Positions 18,378 through 26,179 of a stretch of DNA of 32,000 nt are shown piece by piece. Position numbers and translations under genes: made by a program. Under the pieces are notes generated by a model that did no database searches, was not told where the DNA came from, and was given only the letters and a program-made list of their open reading frames with translations. This DNA is from Candidatus Altimarinota bacterium (GTDB lineage Bacteria > Patescibacteriota > Gracilibacteria > UBA1369), in assembly GCA_041659405.1 (NCBI GenBank), contig JBAZYK010000007.1:30001-62000 (forward strand). The letters are read 5' to 3'. Position 1 is the stretch's first letter; each line of letters opens with the position of its first letter.

Positions 18378-19796
18378 ATGGACAAGAAGAGCTTTTGGGA
18401 GCAAATCCTCACAAAACTTTTTTCTTCTGCTAATAAGCAGCATATTTTAACTTTTTTTAATAATTCGATTATCGTTGGGGTTTCCGATGGAGTTTTAACT
18501 CTTGGGTTTCCGGTGATTTTTTCCAAGGAGTTTATTCGTGAAAGGTATCATTTAAAGCTTTTGCAATTGGCTCAGGAAGGCGATGCTTCAATTCGTGATG
18601 TTCAATACGAGATAGTGCCTGCTTTGGCTGATCAGGATCATCCGGATAAGATTGATATGACCAAGTTTAAGGATGCAATGGGCGAAAGTCCTTCGGTTAG
18701 AAAAGTGCCAAATAAGATGGAAGTAATTGTGGATGGAACGATGCGCAGTAAGATGATGAAATATCATCTGAATAATTTTATGCCCGGATCAAATAACCGT
18801 TTGGTGCATGCTGCCTGTACGGCTGTGGCGGCAAAACCAGGCGATATTTATAATCCGCTTTATCTTTATGGACAGGTTGGACTTGGCAAAACTCATCTTT
18901 TGCAGGCTACCGGCAATGAAATTTTAAGGAATCATCCTAACAAACGTGTAATTTATATGACTGCGGAAAAGTTCATCAATGAAATTATTGATGCCATTGG
19001 AAAGCGCCACACCAAGCCTTTTAAAGATAATTATCGCAATGTGGATTGTTTGATTGTTGATGATATCCAGTTTTTTGCCAACAAAGCCACTTCCGAGCAG
19101 GAATTCTTCCATACTTTTAATGAACTTTACGATGCCGGAAAGCAAATCATTATGAGTGCCGACCGTCCTCCGCGTGATTTGGATGGGCTGGATGACCGCT
19201 TAAGAAGCCGTTTTGCAATGGGAATGGTGATTGAAGTCTGTTTGCCTGATTTTGAAACCAGAGTCGCGATTCTTCAACGCAAAGCCCAGGAATATGGCGA
19301 AATGATTGCGCCCGAGATTTTGGAATTTATTGCTTACAACGTAACAAGCAGTGTGCGTGAGATGATCGGTATTTTGATTAATGCGATTGCCCTGGCCAAA
19401 TTGGAGCAGACAAATCCAACCATTCGTTCGGTTGCCGATGCCATTAAAAAACTGAACAAGGTTGATAATCTGGTTGGTTATAACATGGACGATATTAACA
19501 AACGCGCCGTTAGAACTTTGGATGATATTATTGATCTGGTTGCGGGTTATTATAAAATCCCGCGCAGTGATTTGATTGGAGAACAGCGCTGCAAAGAGAT
19601 TATGTTTCCACGCCAGATTTGCATGTATTTGATTCGTGAGATTTTGGATCAGTCTTACGAGGCGATCGGTGAAAATTTTGGTGGCCGTAATCACACAACC
19701 ATTCTGCATTCATGTAATAAAATTGTTGCACAGATGAAAGTTGATGAACGTCTGGTGCGCGATGTTAATGCTCTAAAAAGAGAAATGGGAGTTTAA
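18378..19796 (+). CDS. dnaA: Chromosomal replication initiator DnaA
   Basis: GQVGLGKTHLLQATGNEIL Walker A, DCLIVDDIQFFANK Walker B, C-terminal PRQICMYLIREI...FGGRNHTTILHSCNKI. ATG at 18378 preferred over TTG 18369. Confidence 0.98.
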   Translation: MDKKSFWEQILTKLFSSANKQHILTFFNNSIIVGVSDGVLTLGFPVIFSKEFIRERYHLKLLQLAQEGDASIRDVQYEIVPALADQDHPDKIDMTKFKDAMGESPSVRKVPNKMEVIVDGTMRSKMMKYHLNNFMPGSNNRLVHAACTAVAAKPGDIYNPLYLYGQVGLGKTHLLQATGNEILRNHPNKRVIYMTAEKFINEIIDAIGKRHTKPFKDNYRNVDCLIVDDIQFFANKATSEQEFFHTFNELYDAGKQIIMSADRPPRDLDGLDDRLRSRFAMGMVIEVCLPDFETRVAILQRKAQEYGEMIAPEILEFIAYNVTSSVREMIGILINAIALAKLEQTNPTIRSVADAIKKLNKVDNLVGYNMDDINKRAVRTLDDIIDLVAGYYKIPRSDLIGEQRCKEIMFPRQICMYLIREILDQSYEAIGENFGGRNHTTILHSCNKIVAQMKVDERLVRDVNALKREMGV

Positions 19797-19886
19797 TTCA
19801 ATTACGAATTAGAAATTACGAATTTATGATTTTTAATTTATAATTTTTTTTGATATACTCTTCTCAGTTTTTTTACTTTGATTTGT

Positions 19887-21473
19887 ATGCGCAGCAGAAG
19901 GATTCAACGAAAACGATCTTCTGATTATTTATTACCTTTTTTATCGATAGTTGGAATCGGTGTGGTTGTTATTCTGGCTTTTCAGGTTTTTGGGGCTTTT
20001 CAGGGCAAAACCGGTGATGTTTATTTTTATGTGGCTCAGGGGAATGCGAAAATTCTGCCTTATGGAACTTCCGAGTGGCAGGATGCTTTTAGTGGAACAA
20101 AGTTATTGGCAGGGGATTCCGTGAAAACTTTGCAGGGTGGAAGACTGGTTTTGCAGTTTTATAATGGCAGCGTGGTGCGACTTGAGCAGGATTCGGGAAT
20201 TACTTTGGTTGATGTGGCTAAAAGAAGTGGCGATGAAAAAATCGCTTTAACGCTTGATTTTGGTGCTGCATGGGTCAATCGCGTTATAACGGAAGATACT
20301 AAAACTTCTAAATTTGAACTAAAAACGGAGCATATGTTGGTGAAGGATGTTGGCAATATTGTTGAGGTGGAAAAGGCCGAGGCAACTGAAGTTGTTCGTG
20401 TTTTGAAAGGGGCGATCAAGGTGGATATTTATGCGAATGACGATAATAAAAATGAAGTTGCCGATACTCAGGATGTTGGTGTTGGGCAGGAACTTGATTT
20501 GGATCCGGCGACTTTAAAATCTTTTAAGAATCATGAAAATCCTTCGGCGTTGATTGCGATTCGGGATGAATTTAAAGGAAGCAGCTGGTATGCCTGGAAT
20601 GTTCAGGAAGATGAACATGCGACCGATTTTGCGCGTCAGCCAAAGCCAAATGTGCTAACCGGCGGAACGAGTTCTCAAACTCAGGCTTCTTCACAGACGC
20701 AAGTTACCGGTTCAACCCAAACTTCAGGGAGTCAAACTGTTCAGCAAACTCAATCAAATCAGGTTCCAAAGGTAACAATTACTTCTCCGGCTCAACCGGA
20801 AGTGACTGTAACTACGGGAAAATTGACTATTAGCGGTACGGCTTCTTCCGGAACTGCAAAAATCTTTGTGACTCAAACTTTGGCTGGAACTTTAGAAAAT
20901 TATCAATTGCAGAAATTCAAGGCGGGGGATCCGACTTTTACTTATAATCTTGCGGAAAGTTATGGAAACTTAAAGCAGGGTGATAACACTTATGTTTTTT
21001 ATGGAGTTGATGTTGATGGGCACAAGGGCACAAGTATGTCTCAGGTTGTGGTTCATTATAATGTTGGGGCCGGTTCAACTCAGCAGACTCAACAAACACA
21101 GGCAACTCAGCAAAATCAAGCTTTAACAGCGCCAAAGGTTCTTAGTTTTAATGGAGTGAACTCTTCAACTGTAACGGTTGGAGTTGTGAAAATTGTGGGT
21201 GAAGTGCAAGGAGCTGCCAAAGTGATTGTGAACGGGTTTACGTTGGGTAAATTTGTGCCGGGGACGACTTCCTGGATTTATTACGCCAACGAGAATGGCG
21301 ACAATTTAAAGCCGGGTGTTAATGACTATGATGCGTATGCGGTGGATGCCCAGGGCAACGAAAGCGCCCATACTAAATTTACGATCACTTATAACAAGCC
21401 AGTGGTAGCGCCGGCAACGCAAACAACGCAGGCTGCATCGCCGACTCAAACGCAGGTGGTTCCGCAACAGTAA
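19887..21473 (+). CDS. FecR-domain protein with Ig/bacterial-Ig-like repeats and Gln/Thr-rich linkers
   Basis: N-terminal TM; GDSVKTLQGGRLVLQFYNGSVVRLEQDSGITL...KFELKTEHMLVKDVG FecR pattern; PKVTITSPAQPEVTVTTGKLTISGTASSGTAKIFV Ig-like segments. Confidence 0.82.
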   Translation: MRSRRIQRKRSSDYLLPFLSIVGIGVVVILAFQVFGAFQGKTGDVYFYVAQGNAKILPYGTSEWQDAFSGTKLLAGDSVKTLQGGRLVLQFYNGSVVRLEQDSGITLVDVAKRSGDEKIALTLDFGAAWVNRVITEDTKTSKFELKTEHMLVKDVGNIVEVEKAEATEVVRVLKGAIKVDIYANDDNKNEVADTQDVGVGQELDLDPATLKSFKNHENPSALIAIRDEFKGSSWYAWNVQEDEHATDFARQPKPNVLTGGTSSQTQASSQTQVTGSTQTSGSQTVQQTQSNQVPKVTITSPAQPEVTVTTGKLTISGTASSGTAKIFVTQTLAGTLENYQLQKFKAGDPTFTYNLAESYGNLKQGDNTYVFYGVDVDGHKGTSMSQVVVHYNVGAGSTQQTQQTQATQQNQALTAPKVLSFNGVNSSTVTVGVVKIVGEVQGAAKVIVNGFTLGKFVPGTTSWIYYANENGDNLKPGVNDYDAYAVDAQGNESAHTKFTITYNKPVVAPATQTTQAASPTQTQVVPQQ

Positions 21474-21483
21474 GGCGCCTATC

Positions 21484-21652
21484 AGTTTTTCCAATGAGGG
21501 TTTCCGTAGGGAATGGTTTTTTGGCGAACGCTTCGCCAAGTTCGCTACGGCTAGCATGTACGCCTCCGCGAAGGTCTCGCATCATGATGCTCGACCGGCT
21601 GCGCTCGCAATGTCGCCAAAAAACCATTCCCTACGGAAACTTGGAGAAACTG
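21484..21652. mobile_element. MITE-like element with 28-bp perfect inverted repeats
   Basis: GTTTCCGTAGGGAATGGTTTTTTGGCGA (21500-21527) is the exact reverse complement of 21613-21640. Arms extend outward as CAGTTTTTCCAA (left, then a 5-nt TGAGG insert) versus TTGGAGAAACTG (right). Confidence 0.65.
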
Positions 21653-21737
21653 GGGAGGCAAGTACATTTGAGTCGGAAAAGTGCGCAATAACGCAATCTC
21701 GTTGCAAAATATGGGTGAGCGAGCGTTAAAAATAAAA

Positions 21738-21887
21738 CTATTTTTTATTATCCCACTGATTTTGACATTCTTCACATTCATATTTTTCTGGGTCTCTTTC
21801 TCCAATATGGGGAATTGTATTACTGTCGTGATGAGCACGATAAACTTCTTTTACATTATGTGAACTGCATTTGGGACATGTTTGCAT
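21738..21887 (-). CDS. Small zinc-ribbon protein (49 aa)
   Basis: Manual translation MQTCPKCSSHNVKEVYRAHHDSNTIPHIGERDPEKYECEECQNQWDNKK with paired CPKC...CEEC knuckles. Below the track length cut-off. Confidence 0.72.
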   Translation of the reverse strand: MQTCPKCSSHNVKEVYRAHHDSNTIPHIGERDPEKYECEECQNQWDNKK

Positions 21888-21902
21888 AGACAAGTTTTTT
21901 TA

Positions 21903-21950
21903 AATAATTTTATTTAGCGAGCGAACTGGATAGCTCGTGTTGTCGGATGT
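21903..21950. repeat. Repeated palindromic module E1 (AATAATTTTATTTAGCGAGCGAAC...GTTGTCGGATGT)
   Basis: 42/48 identical to 24064-24111. Confidence 0.75.
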
Positions 21951-21960
21951 AACAAAAATT

Positions 21961-22395
21961 TTATTTCAAATTAAATGACCCTCCAAGTATTAAGAAAGTA
22001 ATAATAACTATTATTAATGAAAAAATTGCTGTTATTATCCATGGCATGTAATTTTGCATTCCTGGTTTTACTCGATCTTTCCAGTTTTTATCGTCTGTTA
22101 TTTCGGCAATTTTTTCTCGCGCATGGATTTCCGCTTGATGTAAAGCATGAAGAAAAACAATTAACGATATAGGTATTAGCAAAAGCAATATTGCTAATAA
22201 TATTTTAATAAATGGCGTTATTGGGAGTAGGTCTTTATTGAAGGTTGCTACAATAAGCAAGGTGGCAGCTAAAGTACTGACAGTAGGTAAAGTCTTATAT
22301 CTTTCCCAAATGCTCGTTTCTCCTAGCTTAGAGTAGACTTCGAGTCTTACCATTTTTATTTGGGTATCTGATTGTTGTTTTTCTTCTGCCGTCAT
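21961..22395 (-). CDS. Uncharacterised membrane protein (two TM segments)
   Basis: TVSTLAATLLIVATF..., ILLAILLLLIPISLIVFLHA, MPWIITAIFSLIIVIITFLIL; ATG at 22395 preferred over TTG 22434, which lies in a palindrome. Confidence 0.65.
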   Translation of the reverse strand: MTAEEKQQSDTQIKMVRLEVYSKLGETSIWERYKTLPTVSTLAATLLIVATFNKDLLPITPFIKILLAILLLLIPISLIVFLHALHQAEIHAREKIAEITDDKNWKDRVKPGMQNYMPWIITAIFSLIIVIITFLILGGSFNLK

Positions 22396-22426
22396 AGGAT
22401 TATAGTTAATTAAAATTTTTGTTATT

Positions 22427-22543
22427 TCCGACAACGTTCGCGCGTTGCTTGGCGAAGTTGACTGGCTGTATAATGTGCCGAAGGCCTACAACCAGTCAAC
22501 TTGGAAGAGGCCGCAGCCGAACCGCTAACGCGCTGTTGTCGGA
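22427..22543. repeat. 117-bp attC-like imperfect palindrome (E2)
   Basis: Outer arms TCCGACAAC/GTTGTCGGA (22427-22435/22535-22543), next GCGCGTT/AACGCGC, inner AGTTGACTGG/CCAGTCAACT (22456-22465/22492-22501). Confidence 0.6.
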
Positions 22544-22597
22544 TGTATTAAAAAATTCTTTTCTCTTCTGATGTAATTTAATCGGGGAAAATTTATT

Positions 22598-23137
22598 TTA
22601 TAATTTTTTCTTTGCCTCTTCTTGAATTCTGCCAGCTAATCCGTTTAACAAGAAAAGCCCAAGTAAAATAATCGCTACATAAGCCCATAAAACACCAAAA
22701 GTAGTAAAATTCATTAGGATGCCAAAAAGTAGATAACCCATAACAGAGTAGTTATTTGTCGCATTGGTCAATATGCCAATTTTTCCAGATTTCGCTTGCT
22801 CCCCTTGAAGCATGTAATTATACGGAATATAACAACACGAAAAAGCAAATAAAAATATCCATAAATTACCTACTGCAGCTAAATTAATAAATGTCCACGA
22901 TAAGGTAATCGAGACAATAACTAATGCGAAATAATAAATTGGCATCAGGTAGCTCAAGGCTCTAAAGGAAAACTTTTTGGCAAAGACTTTTTCCAAAGGG
23001 AAACTGATGGCAAAGAAGAAAATTGTTGTCACTATTAACAGTAGGCCATACAAAACGATCATGCCCCTAGAATTAAGGAAAAGTAATATAGCGGAAATGA
23101 AAGGCAGGATAAATAAAATTGTACTTATTGCACCCAT
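22598..23137 (-). CDS. Uncharacterised multi-pass membrane protein
   Basis: 179-aa ORF with about five or six hydrophobic segments; no family recognised. Confidence 0.65.
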   Translation of the reverse strand: MGAISTILFILPFISAILLFLNSRGMIVLYGLLLIVTTIFFFAISFPLEKVFAKKFSFRALSYLMPIYYFALVIVSITLSWTFINLAAVGNLWIFLFAFSCCYIPYNYMLQGEQAKSGKIGILTNATNNYSVMGYLLFGILMNFTTFGVLWAYVAIILLGLFLLNGLAGRIQEEAKKKL

Positions 23138-23266
23138 AATTTTGAATTATAAAATAAATTTTCCCCGATTAAATTAATTAAAATATAAAGAAAGAATTTT
23201 TTAATTTTTCACGACTTCATATTTTTTATTAACTTTTGCTTGATTAATTTTGGCAAATATTGTCAG

Positions 23267-23671
23267 TTATTCTTTTTTATCAAATTCACCCTTGTAGATA
23301 CTAATGCAACAAGCTATGGAACCAAAAAGTCCAGCTATTATCCCGGTGTTAGAAAAATATTCTTTTGACATAAAATTTACAATAAAAAGGGATGAACCTC
23401 CCACAAGAAGCAATAAAGCTGTCAAAACAATTGCTGTGTTTTTTTGATTATTTGGTGCAATTTTATAACCAATAAAAACAAAAACAGCCCCAGCAATAAG
23501 ATTGCTCATAATTTCAATAAAAAAGATATTTAACCAAGAATTTGTGTCAATATATCTAGCTGCTGTTAAATTATGAAGAATACGCCAAAGTCCAAATGAT
23601 AACATCATGCTCACTAATGAAGCAGGTAGAACTGCAACCCAAAGTAATACATTTTTTATTGTTTTGTTCAT
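23267..23671 (-). CDS. Uncharacterised membrane protein (about four TM)
   Basis: Hydrophobic ORF NVLLWVAVLPASLVSMMLSFGLWRILHN..., same strand as neighbours. Confidence 0.6.
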   Translation of the reverse strand: MNKTIKNVLLWVAVLPASLVSMMLSFGLWRILHNLTAARYIDTNSWLNIFFIEIMSNLIAGAVFVFIGYKIAPNNQKNTAIVLTALLLLVGGSSLFIVNFMSKEYFSNTGIIAGLFGSIACCISIYKGEFDKKE

Positions 23672-23729
23672 AGTTTTATTATTGCCAAAATTATTAAATT
23701 AATAAAGAGAGTTTTTTTTTGTTATTTCG

Positions 23730-23816
23730 CACAACGTTTGCGCATATCTGATGTTTGACAGCGGTATAATATGCTCGAAGGGCGACCGCTGGCAAATATG
23801 GGTGAGCGAGCGTTGA
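23730..23816. repeat. attC-like imperfect palindrome (E3)
   Basis: TTTGACAGCGGT (23754-23765)/ACCGCTGGCAAA (23785-23796), 11/12 paired, plus outer CAACG/CGTTG; 5' flank TTTTTGTTATTTC shared with E2. Confidence 0.6.
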
Positions 23817-23824
23817 AAATAAAA

Positions 23825-24046
23825 TTATTCTTTTAATCCATGCTTTTTTAAGCAAGTTTGATACCACCAATCAAATTCGCTTCTTCGTTCTGCTTTTTCG
23901 TAATCTTTATCTAAAATTCCTTCAGCTACTTTTTGAGAACAGTTTTGACGAATTGCCACAGGCCGTAATTCATACCAATAAAAAAGAAAAAGCAGAGTCA
24001 GTAATGCCAATAATATTGGCATTATAATGATTAGATGTTTTTTCAT
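23825..24046 (-). CDS. Small single-TM uncharacterised protein (73 aa)
   Basis: MKKHLIIIMPILLALLTLLFLFYWYELRPVAIRQNCSQKVAEGILDKDYEKAERRSEFDWWYQTCLKKHGLKE. Confidence 0.6.
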   Translation of the reverse strand: MKKHLIIIMPILLALLTLLFLFYWYELRPVAIRQNCSQKVAEGILDKDYEKAERRSEFDWWYQTCLKKHGLKE

Positions 24047-24063
24047 TGATAGATGATTAAAGA

Positions 24064-24111
24064 ATAATTTTATTTAGCGAGCGAACCGGCTAGCCCGTGT
24101 TAGCTGATGTG
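24064..24111. repeat. Repeated palindromic module E4, second copy of E1
   Basis: AATAATTTTATTTAGCGAGCGAACCGGCTAGCCCGTGTTAGCTGATGT, 42/48 identical to 21903-21950. Confidence 0.75.
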
Positions 24112-24121
24112 CCGGCCATTT

Positions 24122-24475
24122 TTATGATTTTTCAAATTGTTCCGTACTAATAAGAATTTCGCCTTGTTGAAGAATATATTCTCGAGAGGCAATTACAAAG
24201 TGCTTAGGTTCTAAAATCGGAGAAGGTTTATCAGAAAATTGTATTTCACCAGTTTTTATCCTTGCCTGAATGAAATTTTCAGCATGCCGAATTAAATAAT
24301 CAAGTAGACCATCGAGTGCCACTTTGTTGGTTTTTTGCCTCCAAACTTCGTGTGAAATTCTTATGTTAACTACTGGTCCGAGATTTTTTCTGTCTCGATC
24401 CACATTGTATGTGGCAATTGAAAAAGCATCATTTTTAGGCCACCTGTCTTTACTGTCTGCTAAAGTAATTTGCAT
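24122..24475 (-). CDS. Uncharacterised 117-aa protein, putative HrcA/CIRCE-controlled gene
   Basis: ORF with ATG at 24475, directly downstream of a CIRCE-overlapped promoter. Confidence 0.65.
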   Translation of the reverse strand: MQITLADSKDRWPKNDAFSIATYNVDRDRKNLGPVVNIRISHEVWRQKTNKVALDGLLDYLIRHAENFIQARIKTGEIQFSDKPSPILEPKHFVIASREYILQQGEILISTEQFEKS

Positions 24476-24494
24476 AGATTAACAATTTTAAAAA

Positions 24495-24521
24495 TAGCAC
24501 TCTCTATTTTAGAGTGCTAAA
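24495..24521. promoter_or_regulatory. CIRCE element overlapping a minus-strand promoter
   Basis: ATAGCACTC-TCTATTTTA-GAGTGCTAA, 17/18 arm positions match. Minus-strand -35 TTGACC (24530-24535), 17-nt spacer, -10 TAAAAT (24507-24512). Confidence 0.9.
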
Positions 24522-24564
24522 AAGACTAGGTCAAGTAAAAGTGGCCGGGATTTCGGCTAACTCC

Positions 24565-25725
24565 CTAATTAAGATATTTCGCCTTGTTTACGTTTTGTTC
24601 GTCGTTGGTTTTGGCGTAGACTACTTCGCCGGTTTCGGGCTTTGTAAGGTAGTAGAAGTAGGCGCTTTCTTGTGGGTGCAATGCGGCTAAAATGCTTTTT
24701 AGGCCGGGGTTACTAATTGGGCCGGGGGGTAATCCTAAAACTCTTCTGGTGTTATAGGGCGAATCTGCCTGGAGTTCGGTTTGGCCGATGGTGCGGTCGT
24801 TTTTTAGGTATAAAAGTGTGGCGTCTGCACCGAGTTGCCAATGGTCATCAAGGCGTTTCCACAGAATTCCGGCCACAACTGGAAGATCTTTATCGGTTCT
24901 GACTTCTTTTTCGACCATTGAAGCCATGGTGATCACATCATAAAGTGATCTTGAGGTGCCGGATGGATTCAGCATTTCTTCCGGAAGTTTTTTTTGAAAG
25001 TTTTTAAGCATCAGATCGATCAAATCTTCATTATTAAAATGTCCGCCGTCCAAAAAGTACGTATCAGGAAAAAGATAGCCTTCTAAAGGGTAGGGGAGCG
25101 CTTTGATCTTGGCCTCATCCAAAAAAGAATATTTTTTATAGTTTTGGAAGTTTTTGGTTGCCTGGATAAATTCACCGGCCTGAATCAAGCCTGTATTTAC
25201 CAATTTTTGGTCGATATCTTTGATCGTTGAGCCTTCCGGTATGGTTAACGAGGCCTCTCCTTGTTTAACGTCGGTGATTTTTCCTACAATTTGCTGAACA
25301 TTCATGCCCTTGTTCAAAACAAATCTGCCGGCAATAATTTTGCGGTCAAAATCGTTCCATTTAACATAAGTTTTAAAGGATTCTCCATCTAAAACCAGGT
25401 CCTTTTGGATGAGTTTATCGGCTATGCTATTCAGGTTTTCTCCGGTTTTAATAATTACCGCGGTGTCTGTGGTATTGGTTGGATCGACCGGAGTTTCAAT
25501 GTTGTAGCGATATTTTGAATATTGATACCAGGCAATAAGTCCGGCAACAATCAGAATTCCAAGGAAAATCTTTAGGAGTTTACGGCTTTTTTTAGGGCTT
25601 CTTTGGCGATGATAACGGTATTGATCCATTTTGGGTGGTTCTAAATGAAAGGATGGAAGGGTTGTTTTTTTGCGTTTTGGAACGGAGCGGCTGTTCTGTG
25701 CCGTTTTATGCCCCTGGGAATCCAA
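24565..25725 (-). CDS. mltG: Endolytic murein transglycosylase MltG (YceG-like); ATG start probably at 25629
   Basis: ITDVKQGEASLTIPEGSTIKDI, LEGYLFPDTYFL, MASMVEKEV, VAGILWKRL, YNTRRVLGLPPGPISNPGLKSILAALHPQESAYFYYL. Confidence 0.93.
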   Translation of the reverse strand: MDSQGHKTAQNSRSVPKRKKTTLPSFHLEPPKMDQYRYHRQRSPKKSRKLLKIFLGILIVAGLIAWYQYSKYRYNIETPVDPTNTTDTAVIIKTGENLNSIADKLIQKDLVLDGESFKTYVKWNDFDRKIIAGRFVLNKGMNVQQIVGKITDVKQGEASLTIPEGSTIKDIDQKLVNTGLIQAGEFIQATKNFQNYKKYSFLDEAKIKALPYPLEGYLFPDTYFLDGGHFNNEDLIDLMLKNFQKKLPEEMLNPSGTSRSLYDVITMASMVEKEVRTDKDLPVVAGILWKRLDDHWQLGADATLLYLKNDRTIGQTELQADSPYNTRRVLGLPPGPISNPGLKSILAALHPQESAYFYYLTKPETGEVVYAKTNDEQNVNKAKYLN

Positions 25726-25993
25726 GTCCGCCCATTACACCTTTCATTTTTTCTGCGGCAATTTGTTGGGCCTTTTTAATGGCTTTATTGAAAGCTTTTA
25801 CCAGGTTGTCCTGCAGCTTCTTTGGGTTTTTGCATTCTTCTTCCGGAAGAGTTACCGAAACCACTTCCTGTTCTCCATCAATTACGACAATAATTCCATC
25901 AACTTCAGCTTCAATATGGATGTTTTTAAGCTCTTCTTTGATCTGTTTGGCCTGTTTTTGCAGCTTATAGAGGTCTTTTGCTTTGTCGAACAT
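25706..25993 (-). CDS. ybaB: YbaB/EbfC-family nucleoid-associated protein
   Basis: MFDKAKDLYKLQKQAKQIKEELKNIHIEAEVDGIIVVIDGEQEVVSVTL...AFNKAIKKAQQIAAEKMKGVMGGLGFPG. Confidence 0.88.
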   Translation of the reverse strand: MFDKAKDLYKLQKQAKQIKEELKNIHIEAEVDGIIVVIDGEQEVVSVTLPEEECKNPKKLQDNLVKAFNKAIKKAQQIAAEKMKGVMGGLGFPGA

Positions 25994-26017
25994 TTTGTTT
26001 AATTAGGAATTAAAAAT

Positions 26018-26170
26018 TAGTAATTGGTAATTGTGCTTTTGCATTGTAATAAGCCGCGTCCTGCCCGTCAACTTACATCATGCAAAAAATGTTGCGTTGT
26101 AAAACCTTTTACGGTAGACTTCCACTGCTAAAATCGAGCTTTTGCTCAATAATAATAACTAAATTTTATA
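26018..26170 (+). promoter_or_regulatory. Structured 5' UTR upstream of rplY (candidate r-protein leader)
   Basis: TTTTGCAT-TGTAA ... TTACA-TC-ATGCAAAA stem, then GTAAA-ACCT-TTTAC and GAGC-TTTT-GCTC hairpins before the ORF. Confidence 0.35.
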
Positions 26171-26179
26171 AATTAATCT

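Noticed and set aside
21306-21691. Overlapping ORFs in the inverted-repeat region
   Set aside because: They translate the palindromic MITE-like element and have no protein-like composition.
22396-22434. TTG start at 22434 for the two-TM protein
   Set aside because: The extra residues derive from the conserved palindrome border; ATG 22395 is more plausible.
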